From NCBI GenBank assembly GCA_038279365.1, contig JAYODI010000077.1, positions 1,777 to 27,805 of the forward strand: a DNA stretch of 26,029 nucleotides, read 5' to 3'. The stretch comes from Candidatus Latescibacterota bacterium (lineage in GTDB: Bacteria > Latescibacterota > UBA2968). The notes under the pieces were generated by a model, which saw only the letters and a list, made by a program, of their open reading frames with translations, was not told the origin of the DNA and did no database searches. This document shows, one piece after another, positions 1 through 8,482 of the stretch. Each line of letters begins with the position of its first letter. The stretch's first letter is position 1. The position numbers were made by a program, and so were the translations under genes.

Positions 1-699
1 AATGGGCATTTGGGGCCACATGTGGTGAAAGCGTTGGAAGGGCATGTGGATATGCGGATTACGGATTTGAAGCCGTTTGAAACCCCGCATGAGATGGTGC
101 CCGTGGATGTGGCAGACCCCGATGCGGTGATGCGTGCGGCAGAGGGGATGGATGCGATTATCAATTTGTCTGTGTTGCGCCCGCATCGCAAGATTGCATT
201 TGATGTGAATACGATGGGGAATTACAATGTGATGCGTGCGGCGGTGAAACACGGGATTAAACGGGTGATTAATACAGGCCCGCATTTTACGGTGCAGGGT
301 GCGCCGTATGAAAATTGGGATTATGATATTGGACCTGATGTGCCACCAAAACCGAGCACGAATTTGTATGCATTGTCCAAGGGATTGGGGCAAGAGGTGT
401 GTCGCATTTTTACGGAGCATTATGACGTGCATGTGCTGTGCTATTTGTTTTACATTTTTTGCAATCCTGAAGATGTGAAACCGCACAAACGCGATTGGCC
501 ATTTTTGGTGACGTGGCGCGATGCGGCGGCGGCTTTTTTGCCGGGGTTGGAAATTCCATTAGAGAATTTGGCATCGAAGTGCGAAGTGTTTAATGTGTTT
601 GCCAATCGCCCACATGGCAAGTTTTCAAATGAGAAAGCGAAACGTGTTTTGGGGTGGGAGCCGAAGGATGATTTGGTGCAGACATACACAAAGCAGTGA
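1..699 (+). CDS. NAD(P)-dependent epimerase/dehydratase family (extended SDR; uronate-dehydrogenase-like), 5'-truncated by the window edge
   Basis: Frame is open from base 1 (NGHLGPHVV = tail of a GxxGxxG Rossmann motif). It contains NLS, NTMGNYNV and the catalytic YxxxK (YALSK), with a typical C-terminal 'KAKRVLGWEP'. Confidence 0.8.
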   Translation, partial: NGHLGPHVVKALEGHVDMRITDLKPFETPHEMVPVDVADPDAVMRAAEGMDAIINLSVLRPHRKIAFDVNTMGNYNVMRAAVKHGIKRVINTGPHFTVQGAPYENWDYDIGPDVPPKPSTNLYALSKGLGQEVCRIFTEHYDVHVLCYLFYIFCNPEDVKPHKRDWPFLVTWRDAAAAFLPGLEIPLENLASKCEVFNVFANRPHGKFSNEKAKRVLGWEPKDDLVQTYTKQ

Positions 700-711
700 A
701 TTGAATAGATG

Positions 712-754
712 ATAAAAAAACGCCTCAGTCTCTAAGACTGAGGCGTTTTTTTAT
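712..754. terminator. Bidirectional intrinsic terminator between convergent genes
   Basis: Perfect 20-bp inverted repeat ATAAAAAAACGCCTCAGTCT / AGACTGAGGCGTTTTTTTAT with a 3-nt loop and A7/T7 tails. It overlaps the stop codon (751-753) of the minus-strand gene. Confidence 0.92.
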
Positions 755-1842
755 TGTGCGGATTGAATCGCACCTTCTTTGGTGAGATCGGTATTTGGAT
801 TGCGCCATTGGATGCGGGAGATCCAAATGTCGCCGTTGGTGGGGCGGCCATCGCGGGGCCATTCGGCGGTGAAGATGAGGGTTTCTTGTTGGGTGATGGG
901 CCATGCCCAAAAATTGCCGACGGCCATGCCTTTGTCGGGCACAATGATGCGCTCGGTGTTGCGAATGAGGCGATGGGTTTTGGGATCGAGATCGGCTACA
1001 TGAAGGGGGGCGCGATGGCGAAAGGTGTTGGTGTTGTCTTCACGAATTCGGGTGTAGGCAAGCACGAGGCCGTTGGGGTGTGAGAGTAGTTTGGTCATGG
1101 TTTGGTCCATGGGAATTTCTTCGCCATCATCCCAGGTCCACGGTTGGGGTGTGGACCACGTGAGGCCATCGTCGCTGGTGAGGAGATACCCGCGTTTGTC
1201 TTCGGCGCGTCCGGTCATGTAGAAGCGATTTTGCCAGCGCACAAGATGGGGTTCGTACAGGCCACGGCGAGAGTTTTCGATGGTGTGGGCATTGCCGAGT
1301 TCGATGGCATGAAGGGTGTTGTTTTCAATTTTGCATTTGGCGGTGGTGGTCCAGTTTTTAACGTTGTCGGTTTTGAATGTGAAGGATTTGATCACCGTGT
1401 TTGAATCGAGGTAGACGGGTGGTGAATATTGCATGTGACCGATGGCTTTTGGGAAATTGGATAGGTCGGACTGAATGGGCATGAAGGTGTGTTTAAAGGC
1501 TTCGGGAGGATCGTTAATGGGAGTGATGGTTTGAAACAGGTCGTTGGATGAATAATAGATTTTGCCAAAGCTTTTGTCTTTGCCGTGGCGATCTGCAACG
1601 TTGATGCGCAAGTAGCTTGTGATGGGATTTCCAGGCAGGGATACACAGACAGGTACGTTCCAAAGTTCTTCATGGGTATCGGCTTTGATGATGACAGATG
1701 AATGTATGTCGCGAATGATTGAATGTGTGGCTGTTTGAATGGTGTCCATGGGGTTGCTCCAGGCGTTAATGGGATATGTGACCATGAAAATGAGGAGGAT
1801 TTGGTATCGCATTCTGGATGTATTTGTGTGACATATTTTCAT
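751..1842 (-). CDS. Sialidase-like / BNR (Asp-box) beta-propeller protein, probably exported; start may be ATG at 1812
   Basis: Asp-box TSDDGLTW plus RGLYEP, YTR...RHRAPL...DP and GNF motifs that I recognise from sialidase-like proteins. Hydrophobic N-terminus MRYQILLIFMVTYPINAWS resembles a signal peptide. Confidence 0.65.
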   Translation of the reverse strand: MKICHTNTSRMRYQILLIFMVTYPINAWSNPMDTIQTATHSIIRDIHSSVIIKADTHEELWNVPVCVSLPGNPITSYLRINVADRHGKDKSFGKIYYSSNDLFQTITPINDPPEAFKHTFMPIQSDLSNFPKAIGHMQYSPPVYLDSNTVIKSFTFKTDNVKNWTTTAKCKIENNTLHAIELGNAHTIENSRRGLYEPHLVRWQNRFYMTGRAEDKRGYLLTSDDGLTWSTPQPWTWDDGEEIPMDQTMTKLLSHPNGLVLAYTRIREDNTNTFRHRAPLHVADLDPKTHRLIRNTERIIVPDKGMAVGNFWAWPITQQETLIFTAEWPRDGRPTNGDIWISRIQWRNPNTDLTKEGAIQSAQ

Positions 1843-1853
1843 AGGATGGCTTT

Positions 1854-3125
1854 CTATTGTATTATGGTAGACCTGAGTGTTCTAAAGTCATTGCCGGATG
1901 GTGCTTGAAAAACACGCAGGTCAAATTCGGGAATGACGGCGATGATGTGGTCAAAGATGTCGGCTTGGATGCCTTCGTAGTTGGCCCAGGCGATGTCGTT
2001 TGAGAAGACGTAGATTTCGATGGGCAAACCGTGTTCGGTGGGGGCGAGTTGGCGTACTAAAAAAGTCATGTCTTGATGAATTTTGGGATGGTTTTTGAGA
2101 TAGGCGGTGACATAGGCGCGAAAGGTGCCCACGTTGGTCATGCGACGGCCATTCACGAGACTGGAGTTGTCGATGTTTTGCTCGGCATTGTGGCGTGCCA
2201 GTTCGTCTTTCTTTTTTTGGATGTAGTCTGAGATGTATCGGATTTTGGCAAAACGGGCGAGCATGTCTTCGGTGCAGAACTTGACGGTTTGCATGTCGAT
2301 GTGAATGGCGCGTTTGATGCGTCGGCCACCTGAGTCTTGCATGCCACGCCAGTTTTTGAAAGAGTCGCTGATGAGGGCGTAGGCGGGAATGGTGGTGATG
2401 GTTTTGTCCCAGTTTTGTACTTTGACGGTGGTGAGGGCCACATCAATGACATCGCCATCGGCACCGTATTTGGGCATTTCGATCCAATCGCCCACGGAGA
2501 CCATTTTGTTGGCGCTGAGTTGAATGCCAGCAACAAGGCCTAAGATGGTGTCTTTAAAGATGAGCAGAATGACAGCGGTCATGGCACCTAAGCCGCTTAG
2601 GAAATAGGTGGGGTTTTTTTCGAGAAGAATGGAAAAAATGAGAATGCCACTGACACCTGCAAAGATGATTTTTATGACTTGGGCAAATCCTTTGGCGGGT
2701 ATTTTTTTGCCGATTGCGTATCGGTTGATGATGTCGAGTGCGGCGTTGAGAAAGGCATCTATCACAAAAAAACCGATGAGGATGACATAAATCAAAACAC
2801 CATCTTGGACCAAGGAAACGTAATGACTTTTTGTATCTGGAGGCAGGTTGGTAAAGGGCCAATGTGCGAGGTTGTAAATGATAAAGGCTGGGGCAAGATG
2901 GGAGAATCGGTCGAGCACTTTGTGTTGTACAATGGCGTCGTCCCAGGTGGTGCGGGTTTTTGAAATGATATATTTGAGTGTGCTGAGTGCAAATCTTTTG
3001 ACCAAGTAGTTGGCGATGGCACTGAGAATGAGGACCCAAATGCCCACGGTGGCACGAGACATCCAAATTGCAAATGGGATAGGCAGGCCTGTTTGTGATA
3101 ACCAATTTTGAAGCATGTCTAACAT
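1854..3125 (-). CDS. ybdG: MscS-family mechanosensitive channel, YbdG (MscM) type
   Basis: Several N-terminal TM segments, then GLGAMTAVILLIFKDTILGLVAGIQLSAN...GDWIEMPKYGADGDV...TTVKVQNWDKTITTIP...SFKNWRGM..SGGRRIKR and TNVGTFRAY, all characteristic of YbdG. Confidence 0.9.
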   Translation of the reverse strand: MLDMLQNWLSQTGLPIPFAIWMSRATVGIWVLILSAIANYLVKRFALSTLKYIISKTRTTWDDAIVQHKVLDRFSHLAPAFIIYNLAHWPFTNLPPDTKSHYVSLVQDGVLIYVILIGFFVIDAFLNAALDIINRYAIGKKIPAKGFAQVIKIIFAGVSGILIFSILLEKNPTYFLSGLGAMTAVILLIFKDTILGLVAGIQLSANKMVSVGDWIEMPKYGADGDVIDVALTTVKVQNWDKTITTIPAYALISDSFKNWRGMQDSGGRRIKRAIHIDMQTVKFCTEDMLARFAKIRYISDYIQKKKDELARHNAEQNIDNSSLVNGRRMTNVGTFRAYVTAYLKNHPKIHQDMTFLVRQLAPTEHGLPIEIYVFSNDIAWANYEGIQADIFDHIIAVIPEFDLRVFQAPSGNDFRTLRSTIIQ

Positions 3126-3202
3126 TTGAGGGTATTCCTTGAAAAGAGATTATTGGGTATTTGATTTTTGGTCGACTTCTTGAAACATGTTTTGTTTGTA
3201 AT

Positions 3203-3378
3203 GCCTTCGGCGACTTACTTTTTGTCAACAGCAACAAAAAGTAAGCAAAAAATGCCGCCCCTCAAGTGCCGGGGGGGCTGCACAGCGCAAATACCTTTTG
3301 GGGGTGCATGGAGGACAGTGGCCTACGGAATATAGGGACAAGGTTGAAGTTTGTGCAAATGGGAATGGTGCGCTGTGC
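3203..3378. repeat. Multi-hairpin intergenic element (possible MITE/REP-like element or structured RNA)
   Basis: GCCTTCGGC (3203-3211). Perfect 12-bp stem CTTACTTTTTGT/ACAAAAAGTAAG (3214-3225/3234-3245). GCCCC...GGGGC stem (~3257-3278). Perfect 10-bp long-range pair GCACAGCGCA/TGCGCTGTGC (3280-3289/3369-3378). Confidence 0.55.
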
Positions 3379-3396
3379 CTGATGGCTTTTTGTGAT

Positions 3397-5244
3397 CTAT
3401 TGGGGGTGATCCTCTACGGGGAGGCCTTCTAAGCGCATGATGGTGAGGGCGTTGGTGGTTGGGCAGGGGCCGGGGTGGAGTTTGTAGTCGAAGGCCATTT
3501 TGTTGTTTTGGATGGTTTCTCTGAAGTGGTAGTTGTGGATGTTGGGGAATTCTTTTTCGAGGTGGACAAGTTCGAGGTCGTGGGTGGAGACCATGCCGAT
3601 GCCTTGGTGTTGGGTGAGGGCTTGGATGTAGGAGCGGCTGCCGATGAAGCGTTCGCGGTTGTTGGTGCCACGGAAGATTTCGTCTATGAGGAAAAAGACG
3701 GGGAGAGGGTGATCGGTCTTGAGGGCGGCAAGCAGGGCTTTGAGGCGGCGTACTTCGGCGTAAAAGTAGGAGATGCCGTCGATGACGGAGTCGCTGACTT
3801 TGATGCAGGTGAAGAGGCGGAAGAGGCCCGTTTTGAGAGATGTGGCCAAGACGGGGGCACCTGCATAGGTTAGAGTGAGGTTGATGCCGAGGGTGCGTAA
3901 GAAGGTGCTTTTACCTGCCATGTTGGAGCCTGTGATGATGACAACGTCGCCTTGTTGGTTGAATGTGAAGTCATTGGGTACGCGTTGGGTTTGTGAGATG
4001 AGTGGATGGCCGAGTTGGTGGCCTTCAAAGGTGGGTGTGGATGTGAGGGTGGGAAAGGTGCCGGTTGTTTGGGTGGTGCCAAAATGGGCCAGTGCAGAGA
4101 GGGCTTCGAGTTCATACCACACCTCAAGCCAAGCGGGTAGGTGATCGCGAACGTTGGCTTTGCATCGGTTGAGTTGGTGGGTGAAGAAGAGGTCCCAGGG
4201 GACGAGGGCGTTGAGCAAGACCCATAGGAGTTGGCCTTGTTGCCAGCGCCCTGCGCCTGCAATTTGGATGAGTTTTTTGAGGTGTTTGGATGGGCGAACC
4301 GAATGGTTTTGAATGGGTTCACACAGTTTTTTGATGTGGGGTTGACGAGAAAAGGGATGGCGTTCGATTTGGTTTAAGACTGCGGCAAAGGGAGAGAGGG
4401 TGCGTTCGAGGTGGTAGGATTCCTTGAGAAGGGCACCGAGTTCTTTGGCTTTGAAGGTGTAGAGACCGAAGTAACCGATAAAATAGATGGGCCAAGTGGT
4501 TTGCCAGATGGGGGGGGCGAGTTCTATAGCGTGAAGCAGGCCTGATAGGATGTTGATGATGGCTAAGGTACCGAGTATGACCACATAAGGTAAGAGCGAT
4601 TTTTGGGGTGCGTGTTGATCTAACCAGTTTTGAATGTGGTCACCATCCCAGCGGTGATCCATGTGGGTTTCGGCTTGGGTGGTGTTGCGGGTGAGTTGAT
4701 CGCGAAAATTGTGTAAGGGCATGAGTTCGGCAATGATTTTTTGCCGGTTTTGGATGTGTTCAATGTTGAGATGGGGGTGTAAGAGCCAATTTTTGAGCAA
4801 GGTGTGGCCTTGTTGTGATTGGCTGGTGTCGATGAGGTGGAGAAGCGATTGGTGACCTGAAAGATTGATGTCGCTTTCAAAAGGGTGATTGGGATCGGAT
4901 TCATTTTGTGGAACGGGTGGTATGTTTGGCCAGTCAAGTTGTAGGCGTGCGAGGTGGTTTTTTTTGATGTGGTGGGCAATGCGATGATTTTGTAGTGCGC
5001 TTTCGATGCGAGTGTGTGTTTTGGCGGCAATGACAAAGCTGATGATGATGAGGCCCACGACGGCCCACGCGGCAATATTGCCTAAGGCGACGTTGGCGAG
5101 TATGGCCACAAAAAAACCACAGACAACAATGGCCAAGCGTGCCCAAGAGAGTTGGCGGTGCCAAGTTTCTAATTGTGAAATTTTGTGGTCTAAACGTGTG
5201 ATGATGCGCTGATACAGGTGTTGTTTTAGAGAATTATTTTTCAT
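3397..5244 (-). CDS. Membrane-anchored MutS-related ATPase (MutS domain V; no mismatch-binding domain)
   Basis: Walker A ITGSNMAGKSTFLRT, GISYFYAE, Walker B IDEIFRGTN, STHDLEL and FDYKL. Hydrophobic TM segments lie in the N-terminal half, and there is no GxFYE motif. The start overlaps the sulfatase stop by 11 nt. Confidence 0.88.
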   Translation of the reverse strand: MKNNSLKQHLYQRIITRLDHKISQLETWHRQLSWARLAIVVCGFFVAILANVALGNIAAWAVVGLIIISFVIAAKTHTRIESALQNHRIAHHIKKNHLARLQLDWPNIPPVPQNESDPNHPFESDINLSGHQSLLHLIDTSQSQQGHTLLKNWLLHPHLNIEHIQNRQKIIAELMPLHNFRDQLTRNTTQAETHMDHRWDGDHIQNWLDQHAPQKSLLPYVVILGTLAIINILSGLLHAIELAPPIWQTTWPIYFIGYFGLYTFKAKELGALLKESYHLERTLSPFAAVLNQIERHPFSRQPHIKKLCEPIQNHSVRPSKHLKKLIQIAGAGRWQQGQLLWVLLNALVPWDLFFTHQLNRCKANVRDHLPAWLEVWYELEALSALAHFGTTQTTGTFPTLTSTPTFEGHQLGHPLISQTQRVPNDFTFNQQGDVVIITGSNMAGKSTFLRTLGINLTLTYAGAPVLATSLKTGLFRLFTCIKVSDSVIDGISYFYAEVRRLKALLAALKTDHPLPVFFLIDEIFRGTNNRERFIGSRSYIQALTQHQGIGMVSTHDLELVHLEKEFPNIHNYHFRETIQNNKMAFDYKLHPGPCPTTNALTIMRLEGLPVEDHPQ

Positions 5245-6697
5245 TCATTCGTTCTTTGAAGTAAGCGTAAAGGTCGTCACGTTGTTTGGTGTTGCGCGGT
5301 GGTACATTGGGTTGATTGATGACGGGTGCATGTTCGTCGAGGTGCACACAAGATGGGGCATCAAAGAGCATCCATTGCACCAGAGCGTTTTTCATGTCTG
5401 CGATTTGTTGTTGTGATTCGGGATCTGTGATGCGGTTGTGTAATTCAAAGGGATCATCTTGAAGATCGAAAAATTGCGATTGATTGGTATCTTTGCACCA
5501 GAGAAGTTTGTGTGTGCGCGAGCGGATCATGTATTCACGACCTCGGCCCATTTCGGCAAACATATATGTGCGATTTTGTACGCCTGTGCGCAGATCTGCC
5601 CCGATCATGGTGTTTGGGGTTTCACAGTTTGCAATGTTGAGCAGTGTGGGGCCTACGTCGATGGTGTTGACGAGGTCATTGGAGACGCTGCCTGCGTGTG
5701 CTTGATTGGGGTATTTGATGATGAGTGGCACTTTAATGACGGGGTCATACATGTAGTTGCCTTTGAGCAACAGGTGGTGAAAGCCCATGTAGTCGCCGTG
5801 ATCGCTGTTGTAGAGAATGAGGGTGTTGTCGTATAAACCATTGTCTTTGAGGTGCTGAATCATGCGCCCTACATGGTGGTCTATTTGTGAGATGGTGGCA
5901 TAATACATGGCTGTTGCAAGGCGAATTTTTTTTTCGGTCATTTCGGTGTAGGGAAAATAACCGCGTGAATAGTGGATGTCGTGTTCTAAAGGTGTGTCTG
6001 TGTAACCGGGCAACATTTGGAGTGCTTGGGGATCGTACATGGTATGCCACGGTGCGGGTGGGTCGAATGGATGATGGGGTTTGATGAAGCTGGTCATGAG
6101 CAGGTGACCACCGCTGTGCCAAGTGTTCAGTTCGTCCATCGCACGATCTGCAATCCATGTGGTGGAATGGTGGGCTTCGTCGAGGTCAGAGACCATTGCA
6201 CCGACGGTGTCCCAATATTCTTGGGGGGCGTTTTGGCGGTATTCGCGTTCTTGGTCGATGAGGTCAATGCGGTCATATAGGCCTTCTTCGCGCAACCATC
6301 GGTGATAATCGTCTTCGTAACGGCCTGCACCATTTTGTTCGGCAAGGATCAGTTCTTCAAAACCGACGTTTGCATAGGTGGGTGTGAGGTGCATTTTGCC
6401 CACGGCTTTGGTTTTGTATCCGGCATTTTGGAGCACGCGTGGAAAGGTGGGCAAGCCCTGTGGAATGGTGCAGTGGTTGCTTGCGCCTAAGTGTTGGCGT
6501 GCGTAAAGACTGGTGAGAAAAGAATATCGTGAGGGTGTACAAACAGGATAAGGACAAAAGGAGTTGTTGTAGCGCACACCGTCTGTTGCAAGGCTGTCGA
6601 TGTGTGGGGTTTTAACATCGGGATTGCCGTAGGCACCGAGGCAATCTTGGCGGTGTTCATCGGCTTGAATGATGAGGATGTTGGGTTGGTTGGACAT
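5234..6697 (-). CDS. Formylglycine-dependent (Cys-type) sulfatase, choline/aryl-sulfatase-like, no signal peptide
   Basis: PNILIIQADEHR, CTPSR signature, GKMH, KPHHPF and SDHGD. ATG at 6697 is preceded by a GGAGCA RBS, so it is preferred over the GTG at 6748. Confidence 0.92.
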   Translation of the reverse strand: MSNQPNILIIQADEHRQDCLGAYGNPDVKTPHIDSLATDGVRYNNSFCPYPVCTPSRYSFLTSLYARQHLGASNHCTIPQGLPTFPRVLQNAGYKTKAVGKMHLTPTYANVGFEELILAEQNGAGRYEDDYHRWLREEGLYDRIDLIDQEREYRQNAPQEYWDTVGAMVSDLDEAHHSTTWIADRAMDELNTWHSGGHLLMTSFIKPHHPFDPPAPWHTMYDPQALQMLPGYTDTPLEHDIHYSRGYFPYTEMTEKKIRLATAMYYATISQIDHHVGRMIQHLKDNGLYDNTLILYNSDHGDYMGFHHLLLKGNYMYDPVIKVPLIIKYPNQAHAGSVSNDLVNTIDVGPTLLNIANCETPNTMIGADLRTGVQNRTYMFAEMGRGREYMIRSRTHKLLWCKDTNQSQFFDLQDDPFELHNRITDPESQQQIADMKNALVQWMLFDAPSCVHLDEHAPVINQPNVPPRNTKQRDDLYAYFKERMNEK

Positions 6698-6707
6698 GGG
6701 TGCTCCA

Positions 6708-6738
6708 TAAATAAAAATAGCTCGACGTGGGTCGAGCC
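6708..6738 (-). terminator. Putative intrinsic terminator after the MNT/HEPN unit
   Basis: On the minus strand GGCTCGAC-CCAC-GTCGAGCT is followed by ATTTTTATTT. Confidence 0.55.
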
Positions 6739-6760
6739 TTAAGTACACATCCAGATAAGA

Positions 6761-6889
6761 TTAATCAGGAAGATTATCCAATTGAATCAGTGTTGATTCT
6801 TTGAAATGTGTTTCGTTACCGTTGGTATACGCTTCAATACGCTGTATACATTCTAATACATGTGTAAGGTATATGCGGTCGTCTTTCAT
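6761..6889 (-). pseudogene. HEPN/DUF86 (HepT-like) RNase toxin remnant, 42 aa, lacking the catalytic core
   Basis: Manual translation gives MKDDRIYLTHVLECIQRIEAYTNGNETHFKESTLIQLDNLPD*. Its ATG overlaps the MNT stop (ATGA). The N-terminus matches the DUF86 pattern up to 'STLIQ', and there is no RX4-6H motif. Confidence 0.8.
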
Positions 6890-7194
6890 AGTTTAATCGC
6901 TTCGGATAACACACGATCTCGCATCATTCGATGTAATGAATTTTCAGTAACGACATCTACCTTGCGATGTAATAGATCTTGTATGTCCATTTGAAATGCA
7001 CCAAGATCAAATAGGTCACGCCCTTCTTCTAAATCAACCAAAAAATCAACATCACTCTTATCTGTTGCATCGGTTCTGGTCATAGAGCCAAATATACGTA
7101 TGTCTTTTGCGCCATGTTTTTTAGCCAGTTCGAGGATGCGTGTTTTTTCTTTTTGTACGATATTGTTAATGGGCATGTTAAAACCGGAAGTCAT
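6886..7194 (-). CDS. Minimal nucleotidyltransferase (MNT, MntA-like antitoxin); start may be ATG at 7176
   Basis: About 100 aa with RIFGSxxR...SDVDFLVD (GS-x10-DxD) and 'L.RKVDVVTENSL...RDRVL.EA..L'. It is coupled to the DUF86 remnant. Confidence 0.9.
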   Translation of the reverse strand: MTSGFNMPINNIVQKEKTRILELAKKHGAKDIRIFGSMTRTDATDKSDVDFLVDLEEGRDLFDLGAFQMDIQDLLHRKVDVVTENSLHRMMRDRVLSEAIKL

Positions 7195-7320
7195 ATTAAT
7201 TAACTTGTCGCGTGAGAAATTTTGATCTTGATAAAATATAAGTAGCTCGGGCTCTAATATCCAGATTTTTTTGTTATAAACACAGGTCGAATCTCTATCG
7301 ACATTTTTTCGGAGAATTCA

Positions 7321-7476
7321 ATGAAACTCAATTCAAAAAAACAGAAACGCTTAGAAGCTGCGGGTTGGCACGTGGGTTCTATAGAAGACTTTTTGGGCTT
7401 AAGTCAAAAAGAGTTGGAATATATTGATCTTAAGGTGACACAGGTCAAGTTGTTATCCATTGAGGCTAAGAAATAA
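7321..7476 (+). pseudogene. Truncated XRE/HigA-like antitoxin N-terminus (51 aa, HTH missing)
   Basis: GGAGAA RBS at 7311-7316. Translation is MKLNSKKQKRLEAAGWHVGSIEDFLGLSQKELEYIDLKVTQVKLLSIEAKK*. I recognise 'KRLEAAGWxVGSxxxFLGL...YIxLK' as the N-terminus of an XRE-HTH protein family, but no HTH follows. Confidence 0.65.
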
Positions 7477-7507
7477 TAAGATATCGTCAGACCTTCCTTA
7501 TTCCCTG

Positions 7508-8482
7508 CTACACAAACAACGGTGTTAATCCTTCCTCGTTTTCTGCATCAAAAGCTTCCATTACAATTTTACGAATGCCTGCCAATTCTTCTTTTCCTTC
7601 GAGGACGAGTGTGCCCAATAACAAACGTGGGATGTGATTGTCTAACCATTGTTTGACAAAGTGAGGTGGGATGTTGAAGTATTTGCAGGGCCAAATGATT
7701 TTGTCGGCAATGAGTTGTTGACGGTTGTAGAGGCCAAAGGTGGTAATGGGTTGTTCGTTGAAGGTGCGGCGATTAACGACGCCCAAATACCCATTTTGTG
7801 TGAGGCATTTGACAACCATCACGGCTTCGCAGGCATGGCGATAATAACTGGTTTCGGAACAGTTTGCCAACTCGGGTTCGCTTAAGAACACGTCTTGGGC
7901 AGATGTGCGGCTAAAGACTTTGTAGCCTGAGTGAAAGTCGGGAAACTCGTCGAGGAGGTTGGCATATTCTAAACGGAGGGGTTTGTTGTTTTGTACGGCG
8001 TGATAGGTGAGGGCGTCTAACAACACACGATCTGCAAGTTCTTCTAAGTCGCCCCGTGCAAATCCCATGGGTAGGTGGCGAGAGAGGCGGTTGCCTAAAA
8101 CGAGCACACGGTCTAATTGAATGTGAATGGCGGTGCGAATGAAGTTGAGGAGTTCGTTTGCAAAGTGGTCGCCATCTTGGTCGACGATGGCGATGTATTG
8201 GATGTCTGGGTTTTTGAGCAGATGTATGGCACCTTGTTGTGCACCTGAAAGCTTCCCACGATTGGTCGGGCTGATGGCGGTGGAGATACCCAACTCTTGG
8301 GCGAGTTTGGAGACTTCTTCTTCACCGTGTATGGCCCCGTCTACGCTGAGACAAATGTTTGCTGGGTTATGAATTTGTGTGCAATAAGCCAATACTGTGT
8401 CATGCAGAAGTGCTTCGCCTTGGGTGCGGTCAATTTCTTTTGGAAAGTAGACGGGAATGACCACACCGGTTTGGTGGTTCAT
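7508..8482 (-). CDS. GT2-like (DPM1-like fold) glycosyltransferase
   Basis: VVIPVY, SVDG, NRGK, IVDQDGDH (DxD), VLGNR and DFHSGYKVFSR occur in GT2 order. Start is taken at ATG 8482 (MNHQTGVVIP); TTG 8509 is possible. Confidence 0.7.
   Translation of the reverse strand: MNHQTGVVIPVYFPKEIDRTQGEALLHDTVLAYCTQIHNPANICLSVDGAIHGEEEVSKLAQELGISTAISPTNRGKLSGAQQGAIHLLKNPDIQYIAIVDQDGDHFANELLNFIRTAIHIQLDRVLVLGNRLSRHLPMGFARGDLEELADRVLLDALTYHAVQNNKPLRLEYANLLDEFPDFHSGYKVFSRTSAQDVFLSEPELANCSETSYYRHACEAVMVVKCLTQNGYLGVVNRRTFNEQPITTFGLYNRQQLIADKIIWPCKYFNIPPHFVKQWLDNHIPRLLLGTLVLEGKEELAGIRKIVMEAFDAENEEGLTPLFV

Noticed and set aside
2554..3237. 227-aa alternative-frame ORF overlapping the MscS gene
   Set aside because: It starts inside the hairpin element, has an Arg/His/Cys-rich non-protein-like composition, and overlaps a clearly real gene.
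3397..5244. Calling this gene mutS or mutS2
   Set aside because: It lacks the mismatch-recognition motif and Smr domain and has TM helices, so the canonical symbols would mislead.
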